A DNA stretch of 64,000 nucleotides from assembly GCA_012295275.1 (NCBI GenBank), contig CM022665.1, positions 558,001 through 622,000 on the forward strand, in the 5' to 3' direction. The notes under the pieces were generated by a model, which saw only the letters and a list, made by a program, of their open reading frames with translations, did not search any database and was not told the DNA's origin. Both the position numbers and the translations under genes were made by a program. This DNA is from Chrysomallon squamiferum. Taxonomy: Eukaryota; Animalia; Mollusca. This document shows, piece by piece, positions 27,013-42,413 of the stretch; the stretch's first letter is position 1, and each line of letters starts with the position of its first letter.

Positions 27013-27075
<63 letters not shown>
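26966..27075. repeat. (AAAT)n microsatellite
   Basis: Direct reading; source of the IYLF ORFs. Confidence 0.95.
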
Positions 27076-30000
27076 AATTAAAATAAAACAAAAACAACAA
27101 CATGGAAGCATGCAGGCAAGGTGTAAAATATTTCATCTACACTTTAAGTCTGAAACTGAAAACGGTTTCCCAACCTCGGACATTAATTAATCACAGACTG
27201 AAAACAAAAGTTTACGACTTGCTTGATCAATGTGAGTAAAACGTAACGCGTGTTTCGAGTTAAGACAGTTTCACACATACACTCTGTGATATTTTTTGGG
27301 ATTAAAGTGAGAGAAATGAGGCTCGGGATTGAGACTGTACTCGAGGTGTCCACGGGGAAACGACATTTGTCATTAGATTCTCAGCGGGGCTCACCAGCTG
27401 TCATTTGACCATTTTCAAAACAATATCAGCTCTACGAAATTTAATTTGGCTATGATTCGCGCTTTGTGAGGCCCGTGACATGCATGAAAACTTGCTCATT
27501 GCACGGCGTGGCCCGAGGAGGTTAGTCATCAATTACGACAGGTTCCATGTCGTGCTGTGAGTTACCCCTTGTCTTAAATTACTACAAACCGGCTAATTAT
27601 ACTACACCACGTTTAGAGGCGAAACAGAAACTGGAGACGATATTGGTATCCAAATAAATATTTCCTTCGCAGTTTCATTTTTCTGTGAGATAAGTTGAAT
27701 TTGGTTAAAATTATCTAAATATCTGAACTGAAAACAGGTGACACTAATTTTAGTTTAAAAGACAGTTATTACATTCTGATACAGTATGTAATAACATAAC
27801 AGCATCATAGTCGTATGTTTTACATCCATCCATCATACATTCATACGCACGCACACGATTGCACGCATTCATGCAGATAGAAAAAAAGACAGGTTGGTAG
27901 ATATTTCTTAACATTTGTTAAAAGCAAAACATTCCGAAGAAAAATGATGAAGGCATTTTTCTTCTTTTATCTATGTCTCGGCTTGGATGGACGTTTGTTA
28001 GTTATCTATTGTGGACTTTTATAGTTGGCTTTTGATGGTGTATTCTTTTGTAGTTATTTCTTCGGTTTCGAAATTTATTATCTCTGCTTGGTTCATGTTA
28101 TTTTATGCTCCAGTTGTTTGCTAATGCTTTTATGTGTTTACCAGCAGTTGATACAATTAAATAGAATGCGACGATGTACCTACGAGCGCTGGAGAAAACT
28201 ACCCACTGATCAAAGATGCGGTCTATTGTGGAATGTTTTATCAGGTGCACAGATGCCACAAGTTAATCAAACAGTTCACGGAAATAATTTCAAACTATCA
28301 CGTGACTTTCTTTGAACATGGCGCTAACCTGACCTAAATTCCGTCGTGTTTCCGTTTCTGTGAAAATTTGCCCGTATATTTAATTACGTTGTCTGCACAA
28401 GCACTCCTAATGGTTCCGTAGTGTTTGTTCATTTTATTTTCAACCGTGGGATATGATTTTCCCATGTTTATTGCTTTGTGAGGTCTAAAGTGTCTTTCCG
28501 AACCAGCACATTATCTCCTCTAAATCGGTCCATCTGCGCTAACGAACTTGCTGGTAATTTTAATACGTGAAGGAAACATTTTTTAAGTTGGTATTAGATC
28601 CAACATTTGTACTAATCGTCACCAACTTCTGCAGTAGCGTGATGCCCAGGAATCAATTACTCTGTTTCGTTGAACACGCAACGGCCTCAATTTGCGGATT
28701 ATCCGTTTACTTGAGACGTCTATTAAATTACATTGCCACCTTAGTTTGTGTTTTAATGCGTCTTGCCATGTACACGTTTTACTTTGAATCTAATTTCCTA
28801 TTATTAGTTACTTATTGACCTTTCACTATTTTATTACTGACCTATTCTTGCTCATATATTGTTTGAAAATTTAAACATATAAATTGATTTAGTTGTGGAT
28901 TAAGCAAAGACATGTTGTTATGACATGGACGATATCAATGCAGTTTACGTACTTTCAGAATTTGGTCTGAGAAAATGGCTGATATTCTAGGAAGATGGCT
29001 TTGTTTTGGGTTGTTGTTGTTTTTTTTCTAAAAAAAATAAATTATTTGTATATTTAATATTCTCTTTAACTCTCTGTATGACAATAGGAAATCAGGAAAT
29101 GTTAATAAAATTCGAAAAACGAAATATTTGAATCTCATGATAGATTTTATTTTTACTTTGATTTAATACTTTCATATACATGTTTTTAATTACATTTGGT
29201 ATTTTTACATACCTAGTTCATTTGATCTATTCTGAGTATTAATCAAATGTGTATATTTTTAATTTTATTCGTAAAAATGTATTTGGTATCTAAAAGTATA
29301 CGTACTGCCGGAAAAATGCTCCTTTTATTTTCCACTGCATTTGATGGTCGAAAAACTCTGCTTTCTTAGAAAATCAGTGGAATTTTATATTCTCATAAAA
29401 TTATCAGCTGATTTTCTGGTACTTATGATATCAAGTTGGTCAAATATTTTGCTTAGAAAACAGATTTTAAATTCACTGTGATAAAACAGATGTGAAATTA
29501 AATTAGTTTAGTAAGTGTTTCCAAACAAATCGTTTGTAGACGAACGAGAAATTAATGGTCAGAAATTATATATCAATGTCAGAAAAAAGTGTAAATTAAA
29601 ATATATTGTTAGTTTATCATCTTGCATGCAGTTCAGTTAGTTGACAGCTGTAAGTAAAAATCAGGATATGACATCTTTTAATAACCAAAATACCTGCAGA
29701 AAAACTATTCTGGTCGAATCTACTGACTTTCAGTGTAATATAATTTCGTTACGTTCTCCTTTTTCTAAGCTAAGCTGATATTAAAAACTAGAATCTCCAA
29801 CATCTTTGAAGACTTTGTAAACATTTGTTTAGTATAGTCTGTGTGGCACAGGACCAGTAACGCTGTTATTGTGGACACTGCAATTTCTTTTATATGTTTC
29901 CTACTTTTATATTCTTGTCAGTATTGAAGCATTAGAGAACGGTTTCTGAGAAGCGCTTTACCGAGAAACGTGAGGCTAATCGGATATTTATATTATTCAT

Positions 30001-30154
30001 GAGTCACTTTTAGCCCATTGTCTGAGTTGAAAATTAGGCAGAAAGATGCTCTCTCAAAAACTAGTTAATTTAACGCTGCTGAATTTTAACCACCTCGGAC
30101 TCGTAATCCGATCGGGAAGTCAAGTAGTGAATAAATTTCTAAACCTTCTTTCAG

Positions 30155-30284
30155 TTGTGTCTTAGCGTTTGTAGTAGAATGTTGCAGTCTGGGTTTACAC
30201 ATTCTGAACTGGTACGTACTGCTTTCTCAAAGTTGCTTTAACTGTCCTGTCACTGTTTCCTGTTGGCAACAACAGCAGATTCAG
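30155..30284 (+). other. Candidate exon (130 nt; UTR or alternative first exon)
   Basis: Acceptor-like ccttctttCAG at 30154 (also an Inr-like TCAGTT at 30151-30156) and donor CAG|GTAGGA at 30284/30285 followed by AT-rich sequence. Confidence 0.3.
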
Positions 30285-31345
30285 GTAGGAATTTAAAAAT
30301 TTTCTATATTTTTATTTTGTACAGGAATTTAGGAAGGTCAAAACAAATTTTAAAATGCTTCATGATGGTCACTTGAGACCGTTGTTTGCGTGAGACCACG
30401 TAAAGATGTAGAACAAGTTCCTGGTGTGTTTCATCTCAGTTTGAAAAGGAAATGTGTGCTGAGCAAACTGTCAACGAAATGTTTATTGTATTCTTGGTGG
30501 CTGCGACAAGTTCAAGTTTCTGTCACGCTTTTCTAATGCATTTCAATTAAAATAACACAAAAATCTTCTTACCACAATATTTATTTAACAGGCTTTATAT
30601 GACAACATTTACCAATAATTAATTCAAGATAGCGTTATAATTTCATCCGTATTCTTTTTTTTTCTTTCTTTTTTGTTTTTTTTCTTGTTTGTTCTCATAC
30701 AAATTTCAGTCGCCATAAGTATCTAACACAAATGACAGGGTATTTAAGCTTATTGGTCTAAAGTGCAATACTGAGTGTCTGGATCCCTAACATCTCGTTT
30801 TATATTCAGTGCTATTTTTCTGCTATATATTTCTAATGTGGAATGAAAAGAGAACAGCTGAAGACATCTTTCTTTTTACTATTATTATACTTAATACGGT
30901 TCTATAAAAAGACGTAAATTATTGTTTATTGCACAGCTTCAGTTCCGACAGGTTGAGACTGCATAAAGCACTTTTTATTAATTACAGTAATTTAGGATAA
31001 TTTGACTTCTTGCTGGTCGCAGATATTTTAATAATAAAAACCAGTTAATATTAATAATAACAATGGATTGCAACTGTCTTTTTTGGCTAATCTTTTTTTT
31101 TTTTTTTTTTAAATAAAAGCTTTAATTTACTTTAATGTTGAGGCATTTAATACAATTCTGTAAAAAATTAAAACATCCAGCTAAAAACATTTCTTGTAAC
31201 GTTTTATTTTTTAAAATTCAAAAACAAATGATCTTAGCTGAATATTTGCCAAATACAGTTTTAAATATAAATAGTAATAAATGATATAATATTAGTTATG
31301 ATAACTATAATAAATTAACAAAAATAATAATAATAACACAACAGT

Positions 31346-31373
31346 AACAACAACAACAACAACAACAACAACA

Positions 31374-31417
<44 letters not shown>
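31346..31417. repeat. (AAC)n(AAT)n compound microsatellite
   Basis: Direct reading. Confidence 0.9.
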
Positions 31418-31418
<1 letters not shown>

Positions 31419-33452
31419 TCACCTGTGAAGCAAACACAAACGTGATAGAAAATACTGTCATTATAAATAATCTTGTAATTTAGTTCTGAAACATAGTGGG
31501 CCAGTTCAGAAACAGCAGCAATAATAAAAGTAACAGAAACCAATGCACAGAAGCAATATTTCTTTCGTAGCACAATGGTTTATGAAGAATCATTGCAATG
31601 CTCACACAATAATATCATTAGCGCAATAAAGAGAACACATGAAAAGAAATTTAAAATCGATGGCCATCTTGCTCTCTTCATCAGGCCGTTGTTCATTAAG
31701 CGAGGAAGAAGTCAGTTTCTGTGTGCACCGTTCTAAAGAGAACTGTCAGGCGTTGAGGCAGGACCGGCAGAATTGCTTCTTATCATTTCAACATTAATCG
31801 CAACTAAATCATCAATCAATCTCGTTAATCTTTCCAAAATGGATGACGGCAAGACACTGTCACTCAACTACAGAGTGAAAAACCTGTCTTTCCTAGTTCC
31901 GGCAAACATTACTAATTTTCTGTCTTCATGGTTTGACATTTTGTTATTGTGTTCTGTTAAGTGCCAAATTTTTCATCGGCTAGACTGAGTTTATTATTCT
32001 TAAATTTGATGATAAATTATTAAATCCAGTAAACAAAAATAATTGCAGTGAATTAATACTCGTGGTAGCGTTTATTCAGAAATTCGAGAATCGAAAGACA
32101 TCAAAAATGTTTTTCCACTCATAATTCGTGTGTAGAAATTTAATAAACATTCATTTATTTTAATTTAGCTTTATCAGATTATCATACAATGCACTTAAAA
32201 TAAAATAAAAAAATTAAAATTAAAAAAAGAAGAAGAACACACTGGTGTTGTTCTTTTGTCAACAGAAATTTCACAAAAGCGAACTGAATCTGGTATTTAT
32301 AAACGTCCTAATTTTCCCTATGGTAATTTTTCAAATCTGCAACTAATTTATAAAACAAAGGTTCGCAATAAATTCATCTCGAGTGTTAGAAAAAATAATT
32401 TTTGATTGCTGTGAAAGGGATTATTATAAAAACAAAAAAACAACAACCGATACGACAAATTATAACAAGAAGGACAGTCACCACCAATATCCTTGATGAT
32501 CTCTTTAAAAACCAAATATGTACAAATCTTAGCTGTTTGCTTTTACCTCTATCCATCCACCTGTTGTAAAGCTCACTTGGTGATGATACGAGATTTACCT
32601 GCAGTCATCTATACTGAATAATGGAGCTGTTTTTCAAGGTAGATGTTTGATCAGTAAACTTAGCCAGCATTTCTCTAATACCCTCAGTAGACCTGAGTAC
32701 ACAGAGCCGACCCTTCCCGCTCTACTCTAAAACGTGGCGTCTGCTCAATTTTACAAAAGACGAGGCTTAAACCAGATCTGATAAAATGCCTCTCTCCCTT
32801 TTCCATGTCGTCACTGAAATGTTCACAGGCTGTATAAATTTAACATCAGTTTATAACATGGTGTCGTGTTTCCAGCATGACAATGTCCGAACAACGTGCG
32901 AAATCAACACTTTTCATGTGGACATTTTACCACCGGACTGAGAAATCTTTTAACGAAAAGAGAGAAGCGGGATGCTGATAATGATGTATGTTAAAAGGTA
33001 TTTTCAGTTTAAAAAGTAACTTTACAGATAACAGCTCTGCGAATACTGCAGTTGATAGTTTGGTTACTGGAACTGCCAAAAAAAAAAAAAAAAAAAAAAA
33101 AATAATAATAATAATAATAAAATAATAATTATAATAATAATAATAAAAAATAATATATGAGTATTTTTATGATTAATATGTAACGCATCTGTATTATGTT
33201 CAACAACAACAGCAGCAAAAACAACATGAACAACAAAACAACAACAACAACAATAATAATAATAATAATAGGTTTTTGGCTATAATATCAGCACATATTC
33301 CCTTTTTTATAATTTAAAAATTAAATGTTGAAATCACTAAAATACACAAATTAATATTTTGAATGAAACATAAAAACTCTAATTTTTATTTTTTTGGAAT
33401 ATACCATTGATCTGTACAATAGTTTTATTAAAATGTTATTGCTATAATAAAT

Positions 33453-33488
33453 AGTAGTAGTAGTAGTAGAAGAAGTACTAGTAGTAGC

Positions 33489-33524
<36 letters not shown>

Positions 33525-33552
33525 TGTAGTAGTAGTAGTAGTAGTAGTTGTT

Positions 33553-33612
<60 letters not shown>
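33453..33612. repeat. (TAG)n microsatellite
   Basis: Direct reading; source of the poly-Thr/poly-Leu ORFs. Confidence 0.95.
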
Positions 33613-34186
33613 ACAAAAAGAAGCATCACATTTAGTAAGAAAAACCATCACAACCACTTAAACCAAGACACTAAGAACAGCAGTAACAAATAACAACAAG
33701 AACTTTTTTAAATAAATGAATAAAATGTTATAAATTATATTTTTAATAATCTTTTAAATGAAACATTTCCATTAAACCCCCTAATAAAATAATGATATTT
33801 TTATACTTTATAAAAATAAATAATGATGACAGATCATTTATGTCAGATGTACATTTGACTTCCTTTTTATTATTTTGTTTTAGATCAGCGCTAACAGGTG
33901 ACAACAATTTCTATAATTTTTAAAATTTGTCAGGTGATAAATGTAACGAAATTTTGTTTTAAACCACAAATTTAATTTACAATTAATATCTTCTGAAGTA
34001 TGCAGAGTGGCTGTATCAGAGTAGAAAAACATTTTTTAATTTTTTAAATTTTTATTTATTTATTATTTTTAAATCTATGTATATTATTTTATTTATTTAT
34101 TTTTATTTTATTTATTTATATTTTTTTACAAATAATATTAAATAAAATTGTTGTTGATATATATATTAACAACAACAATGCAAAAA

Positions 34187-34241
<55 letters not shown>

Positions 34242-36305
34242 TTTGATTATGTAGATAAACTAACCAAAACATCAGCATGATCTGGAACATATAAAACATG
34301 TTGCATGATGGTGCAAGGATTATTCTAATTTTTACGTTCATTGGCTGTACTCTAACATTACTTCAACAATAAAATTATTTTTGTTTTAAAAAATTAATAT
34401 TCTTATAAATAATGAGTGTGGTGTGTGTGTTACACTGTTCGCTCTCTGCTGAAACAGTAACTGTATGCTTACTAGTGTTAACTATGAAACATAAGTTTCA
34501 ATGTGTCTTATATAACGAAATTATCAAGATTTACATTTATACTTTATATTAAATAAATGTAAAAAATGTATTCTCTGTATCACCGACTGTCTCTGTATGT
34601 GTGAAAGATGGAAAAATATATGCTATAAAAAAGATGATAATATTAAAAGTAAGAATCTGAATAGAAAGAAAATATTATTTTAGAAAGTCTCTGTGTGTGT
34701 CTTTTAAATTGATGCAAATATTATATATGTGTGCGTGTGCGAATCTTTGTGCGTGTGTGTTTAAGTGTTGGGATTTAAAATGTATGTAGTAAAATTGGGT
34801 ATATCTGTGTAAATATTTTATAAAATCCTTTATTTCTGATCAATGGACTAACTTGACCATCTGTGTTTACTCTTGGTTCGTGACTAGGAATAAGTAGTAT
34901 TGTCTGAAGACGTTCAACAAATTCTGGGATTTCATTCAATACTTTTATACTAATACGGGATTTTCTTTCTACTGGTCCCACTAATGTGGTATTTCTCGTC
35001 TACTTGTGTGACCATAATTCATGTCTTAACAGTTTTCTTCACTGTTTGCCGTTCTTCGCTGTTTCCGACAGCGCATGTGTCAATTTTCTCCCTTCTAAAG
35101 CAAGTGTTCTTGTACGAAGATCAAAAGATCCACGGGCAATGGAAATCCGATAATGCAATTTATTGGAAAATTGGTGTCTGCAATTGGCAAAATTATTAAT
35201 TAGCGAGAGTTGGAATTTGGAGACGGTGTTCTAACGAAATTATCCAAAAATTCTAACTGTACTCTGAACGCGGCAAGTGACTCTGCCACTAATTTCAACC
35301 ATCGTGATAAAATTGCATTCTTTAGAGTTCAAAACTAGCGAGCACAAAGTTCAAGTATTTATAAGAAATGAAAATTTTGATAGAAAGTTATTTATCAAAA
35401 CGTATTTTGTGAAAGCATAAACCTGCGTTGTCTTCCATTAGAAGAAAGTTCTGTGGCAGCGGAAACATATAAATCATCGCCCTTAAGTGTTATATTAATT
35501 TTCTCTTCTTGAAACGAAAAGCACCTCCATCAGAGAGTCGGCCTCAGAGGATTTGGCTGTGTGCTAGTTAGAGAGCGGCATAATGGCCTTCTCGGCAGGA
35601 CTTGTATCGACTTTCCCACTGTTTCAAAGAGACTCTTTGTATCCGCAAATCATCTGCAATAAAGAAATCCAATCAGAAGAAAAATTAATTTGAACACAAC
35701 AAAAAGAATACAATTATCAAATATGTCCAAAAAGATGTGCCTCTCGCAAAACTGCCCGTAAGAATATATTTTGGCAAGCAGCTCACGTGCGTGACTGCAA
35801 GTATTTTCAAGATGTAACGAAGTGTAATCTATTTATCAATAGAACCAAGTTCATTACGATAACGAAACTGTACAACTGCGCAACCCGGCAACTGCTATTG
35901 TTTGCGAGAAAAATCATTTCGGCTTGAATTGACTTGCGCCTGAAAAGAAAGCAAACTTCCCTCTGTCCTTTCCTGGCCACACACCTCGTGGTCTGCACGT
36001 GCACGACGTGAAAGCGGATTTCGAGAATATCTTTACAAACAGCGCTCGGTTTAATATGATCTACGGCAGTGGATTAGATAGGGTGTCAATGGATCATATG
36101 ATCATAGCGTCGGAGTTTGTGAGGACGTGAATGAGCCTTTGCTCGATTCATTGAAATCCCGAACAATACCTCGTCTGAATGCTTGCTCCATTCAACGTTT
36201 TGTTACATTTGGATTCTGGCTTTATGGCTTTTGGGCCATTGACTTCCTATTTGGGACAGCGGAAATAAATAGCAGCCCCAAATCGCATGTTGACCGGTGG
36301 ATGTA

Positions 36306-36530
36306 TCAATAATAACTGACACTTCTCAGACGAAAGCTGAACACGTTGATGTCATCTGCTTGGGACAACCGCACGAGCATACCCGTTGATTTTGACACCG
36401 CACAACAAAGAATCACAGTGCTCCTTTGAAAATCCCGTTTGTTGAAACGATCTGAAAACTTTACTATAAATCCATCGTCAAGCACTGTTCCAGTGCTTTC
36501 AATTTCCACTCTGTTTATACCCGAGACCAT
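36306..36530 (-). CDS. Hypothetical 74-aa ORF in a possible antisense nested exon
   Basis: True ATG start 22 nt downstream of a minus-strand acceptor (cactgtttctttCAG, 36555-36553). Non-repetitive translation, but no recognised homology. Confidence 0.12.
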   Translation of the reverse strand: MVSGINRVEIESTGTVLDDGFIVKFSDRFNKRDFQRSTVILCCAVSKSTGMLVRLSQADDINVFSFRLRSVSYY

Positions 36531-39500
36531 TCAGTGTTTTGTCATTACTTTCCTGAAAGAAACAGTGTCGATTAAGTGGTCTTTTTTCTTTCCTTTTTTC
36601 TTTCTGTGTTAAAAATCTGATACAGTTTCATACTCGACTAGTTACAACTAGTATTTTTACTGTAGCCGTTACACGAGTATGCTGTTTATGTCTGACTAGT
36701 CATTTGTTTAGATTTTCATCAAAGAACCAGTGATGTAGGCTAAGTTTAGACTCAGGAAACTTGCTTCTACCATAAATAAACTGAACTCCATCGAGTCTTC
36801 TTTTTATTTTATTTTTTAATTTTAATATTTTTTTTATTAATATTTGCTACACACATGTTTTTCTTGTTCTTCAAAAGTATAATATAATATAATATATATC
36901 GATAGCTAACATAATAAAAAGACAGAACTAGTTTAATGTTTCAGAACACGTGGTAATTTTAGAAAGAAATAAAATATTTTGTGGTCAGAGCAATGCAAAT
37001 ATTTGAATGGGACATATCACTGTCAACATTCATCCATCCATATTTTTTTTTTTTTTATTTAAAATTTTCAGTGATTTCAGATGTTATAAATCGAATTTAA
37101 TTATTGTTGAAGATAATGTTATTCAGGTTGTTACTTAAATGTGTAGTTAAAACGGCAGTTGGTACAAGTAACATATTCGTCTGAAAAAAATGATCCTGTT
37201 AAAATTAAATACCTTTCTAAAATATTATTGATTAATCAATGAGGTTTTCTTTTCAACTCACATAATTACAGATGGATTGATAGAAATTTAATTTATCTTC
37301 TTTGGGCAAACGAGAAGAAAAGAAAAAGAGAAGGAAAGTATTTTGAATGGGTGGTAGGTCATTAAGCGTTGACATCTAAACCCATTATTTATTTGTATTA
37401 TTATCAATAAAGATATATATTTTTTAATATTTGTCAATGCCATGGGAAAAACAGTCATTGCAGAGGTTTGTTTCGCGTCCTCAAAACAGGAAATTATGTC
37501 AAAACGTAAAAGAGTTTCATAGAATTCGAACAAGATGATCTTATGGCTGTGTGAAAGAAGTCACAGTTGGGCTTTTCTTTACGCTTAGAATGCAGACTGG
37601 ATGTTTTTTCTTCTTTTTATTATTGCAAGCAAAAGCAACTAGCACGCAACTGTTATGACGGTTATGGCTTTTAGAGGAGAGAGTTGATCGTTTATGGTCA
37701 AATTTGTCAATACAGATTAAAGACTTTATTGAAAGAGTGTCAAAGAGATCGCATATTTCTAGCAAAGTGAGTAACAAAATGTAGTGATTTCTCAGCCTAC
37801 TAAGCGTACTTTTAATACAATTACCACCAAGCCTTTTAGCAGAGACACACAACTCTTCTGCTCTTAAATTAATGATAACTAGTGTGAACGATGTTTGTTT
37901 TTCAAGTTGCGTTGAAGATGTTCTAAATGGTGACTGACTTTGTGTGATATTAGATCTTTTTAACTCGACCTAACACACTTGTTCATTTCCTACTTAAGAA
38001 ATTGTTTTTGTTCTACATAAAAAAATATTTTTAATTTTTAATTTTATTGTTCCAGTTTGCAAGAGCTTTATCTGAAAATTTCATTCATTATCTTTGGTTA
38101 AAACTGATATTTTATTACTATCTACGTTCAAATTTGATTTAACGTCAAACAAATTACTCGCATGACTTGAAACGAGTGTTGTTATTCTTTTTAAAAATAT
38201 TGTTTATTTTAAATATTAGTAAGTCGTATTAATACCAATGTATTAGATATTTTATTTTTTTTGTTTTGTATTTTTTACGTATTTTATAATATTTTATATG
38301 TCGAATAATGTATATTTAATGTCAGTGTTTTATATTTCCGTTATCATCTGAAACCTAAATAAACAATTAAAATATTTTATTTATATAGTAGAAGGTTATT
38401 ATGTTTGTGCGACTTTTTCTAATTATGTTTTAATGTGATAATTTTTCTTGCGGAATTTATTAGACTGAAAATTTAACACTTCACAATTTATCTGATTTAA
38501 ACTGTATTTAAATGTGAAAGAGAAAATTAATTTAACTGTAAAACTACAACACTAATAATGAAAACAAAATCACTGTGAAGATGATGACAAAACACTGAGG
38601 TTTTCTTTTATCTTTTTTATTTCTACAAAAAACAAAAAAATAATAATAATTAAAAAAACAATTATTCTTTTTCGCTATTGTTAACAAAAAGAAAAAAACA
38701 AAAAGAAAAAAAACAACAACAACAAAAAACAAACAAATAAAATCTTTATCTTATTAATTTCTTTTCATTCTTTTAAGTGAATTATTGTTTCACTTTTTCC
38801 AGCCTCCTTTTGTTTAATCAGATAAGTACGTAAAAGTTAATTTTACTTAATTCTTTTTATCTCCTGGGGATGAGTACTTTGCTCATTTTTCTTTCTTTTA
38901 GTTAATAAAACATCTAAAACATTCTTTGATTAAAACACCCATCAAAACAACGTGACGTTTAAATTATCAAATATAACTGGCTTGTCGTAGCCAAGAAAAC
39001 TTCAGTTCAGTCGATCCGGAATTCCCCGAGGCAAAAAGCCGACAAGGCCAGGCTCTGTCACGTTGTTCTGTCGTAACATGATTTTACGTGTGGATGCACG
39101 CAAATCACTATCTGTTATTAATTTCAATAACACCGTGTCCCCCTGCTCAGTGAAGGGGAGTAATTTGATGAGGGTCAGTGCTGCTTCGAATACCAACCCC
39201 CAGGAGATGGTTAAATCACTTTACTTCTAGGCGTACGCTCACAATTTCTTTCAATTTTCTTAATACCAGCCACCAAGCTTCCATTTCTCTGATTTGGCGG
39301 ACGTTCCCGTGCGGTATTACTGAATGCTAAACTGTTTAAATATTTACTGTTGTCAGCTTAAGACAGCAGTGTACGTAAAGTTGTTTATAAATTAATGTAA
39401 AACTCACACAGAACTGTTTACATGTTTAAAAAAAATATATATATATATATATTTGTGTGTGTGTGAGTTTGTGTGTCAAGAAAATGATGAAATAGTTTTA

Positions 39501-39770
39501 AAATAAAATAAAATAATGAAAAAGAAAGAGTATGTTTAAAACACACAGACGCGCGCTCACGAAACTATAATTTACAACACAGAAAGGACAATGTATACAA
39601 ACGTACGTTTTGTTCATAAATTAATCCTTGCTCCTAGTTAATTTGCCCGAACACTGCTTTTGTCACTAAAATGTAATTCGTGGATATTACTCATGTTTAT
39701 TTAGTCTTATAAGAAACCTCTTTCAGATGTTGAATAATAGATCACGGCAAAAAATATAATAATAATATCA

Positions 39771-39797
39771 CTAATAATAAAAATAATAATAATAATG

Positions 39798-39839
<42 letters not shown>

Positions 39840-39980
39840 TTAATAATAATTAAAATGATGATGAAGATGATGATGATAATGATGGTGACGAAAATAAGAT
39901 AATAATAATTAAAAAAAATAAAATAAAATAAATGAAATAAAATAAAGTAAAATAATAAATAAATAAATTGATAAAATAAG
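39771..39980. repeat. (AAT)n/(GAT)n/(AAAAT)n compound low-complexity tract
   Basis: Direct reading. Confidence 0.9.
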
Positions 39981-40485
39981 CACTAAACTTATTAGTATAC
40001 AGAAAACTTATACATATAGTTGATAGACTATTAACTAATGTTCTTTCACATTCAGTTCTTCTGCTGAATTGTTATATGCTATTTTATTTGTAAAAAAAAC
40101 ACCCCAAAACAACATAAAACAAAAATCAACAAATAACACAGAAAAAGAGCAGATTTTTATAAATCTTTTTGAGCTTTGAAGCATAAAATCAATAATTTAT
40201 TCGGCGAAAAAGTATTTAATTATTCAGTTTTGTTGTTGCTGGTTTTTAACATGTCTAAAGCAGCACCGTTATTTCTGAGATAAAAAAAAAAAAGGCTTTT
40301 GAATAAAAATTTCTTTCATTAATGGTAAATATTATCGTTTAAAAAAAAAAAAAAAAAATACAGAAAAAAGTAATAAAATAAATAAAAAAATATAGTGCGA
40401 ATATTTAAATTATTTATTTATTCATATGTTATTACTTCAGCAATTTTTAATTTTATCTTTATATATATATATATATCTGTGTGGA

Positions 40486-40511
40486 TGTATGTATGTATGT
40501 ATGTATGTATG

Positions 40512-40562
<51 letters not shown>

Positions 40563-40588
40563 ATATATGCATGTATATATATATATAT
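40486..40588. repeat. (TATG)n/(TA)n microsatellite
   Basis: Direct reading. Confidence 0.9.
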
Positions 40589-41343
40589 TTAATTAAAATA
40601 CAAATACATTTATTACTGATAAAAAGAATACATTACATTTCACTAGCGGTCGTTATTATTATGCTGGGTTTTTTTATATTTTTTTTATATTTTATTTGTG
40701 TTACTATTTTCGTGCATACTGTGTCATGAATTATTGAATCGGTTTGCTATTTATGTTCAATCAAAGTATCGTGATTAGAAGACATTAGTTCACAACAAGA
40801 CTAGAATACATTTAAGACTGGCTTGCCGATATATGGAAATTTTCATTCACTCTAGTTGCAGGCGATTTTATAACAAGTACCGAAGCAAACAGGGCAAAAC
40901 CGGGCTGTATAAATGCATAACAATGGTACATTTATTAGAATCAGCTGAGAGAGGCCGGATATGTTGTATTGATTTTAGTAGCCATGTTTTATTTATAAGA
41001 TGCATGTGTTTGAATTCTTATGTGTGCGACAGGCTTTCCATAACATCACCATTCGCCGCTCTTTGCTCATTTGGTTGACATCCTGCACCGTGGAAAGAAG
41101 TGGAAATCTGGTAGGATTTATAATATTTTGCTCTTTTAACTTGAATTTCTCTTAGCTCATACTTTCAATCACAGCATCTTCAAAATTATTGTTTGTTTTT
41201 ATCCGTTCATAAATAATACATTTTTTATTCCTATTATTGTTATTTTTACGCATGTTTGTACATTTTGCTATGGAGCTTTCAGATTCTGTTGTTCTTTCTA
41301 AGTATTCTTACTTTCTTTTGCTTTCTTCGTCATATTATTATTA

Positions 41344-41384
<41 letters not shown>

Positions 41385-41809
41385 GCTGATTATTACTGTA
41401 TTGCTGTGATCATTATTAGTGTTTAAATAATGCGCCACTATGTACGTATACAAAGAAATATGTTGTCCCAGACTTATTATTATTAGTAGTAGTATTATTA
41501 TTGTTACTGTTGTTTTTTTAAATAATTATATGAGTAAGGTTTTTTTTAATAACTATATCAACTTTTCTTTGGAAGAAAAATAAATTCCAACATTTTAAAA
41601 ATACTTTTATACTTCTCTGATATAAATATGGTAGAACTTTTAAAAATGAATAGTTGTTTTAATGTAATAATATTTTTGTTCTGTTCCTTATTATTTTTTT
41701 TTTTATTGATATGTCTTCCTTTCTTTCTTTCTATTTTGTTTAGTTAGATATTACCTATTATTTATTTATTATTAAATATTTACGATTTTACAAGTATTTG
41801 ATTTTTTTT

Positions 41810-41930
41810 TATTAATTAATTAATTTATTTTATTTTATTTTATTTTATTTTATTTTATTTTTATTTTTGTTTTATTTTTATTTTTATTTTATTTTTATTT
41901 TTATTTTTATTTTTATTTTTATTTTTTTTT

Positions 41931-42008
<78 letters not shown>

Positions 42009-42294
42009 ATTTTATTTTTTACTGTTATAATTTATAAATATTAAAGTTTCAAATAAACGTGTAGATTTTTTATGGGTGTGTCCACGTACAAAGACAAACG
42101 ATCTGTAAATGTTAAATACAGTTAATTTTCTAACATGGCTATGTTAACAATATTAACTGATAAATTAGTCATTCCAAAAATATTTATAGAAGTTTAATAC
42201 ATGAATTATTCAATACCCAAATTCTGAACATGCACAGCAACAAAAAAACAAAAAAAAAAAAAAAAAAAAAAACAACAACAACAACAACAACAAC

Positions 42295-42350
<56 letters not shown>

Positions 42351-42382
42351 TATAATAATAATAATTATAATTATAATAATAA

Positions 42383-42413
<31 letters not shown>

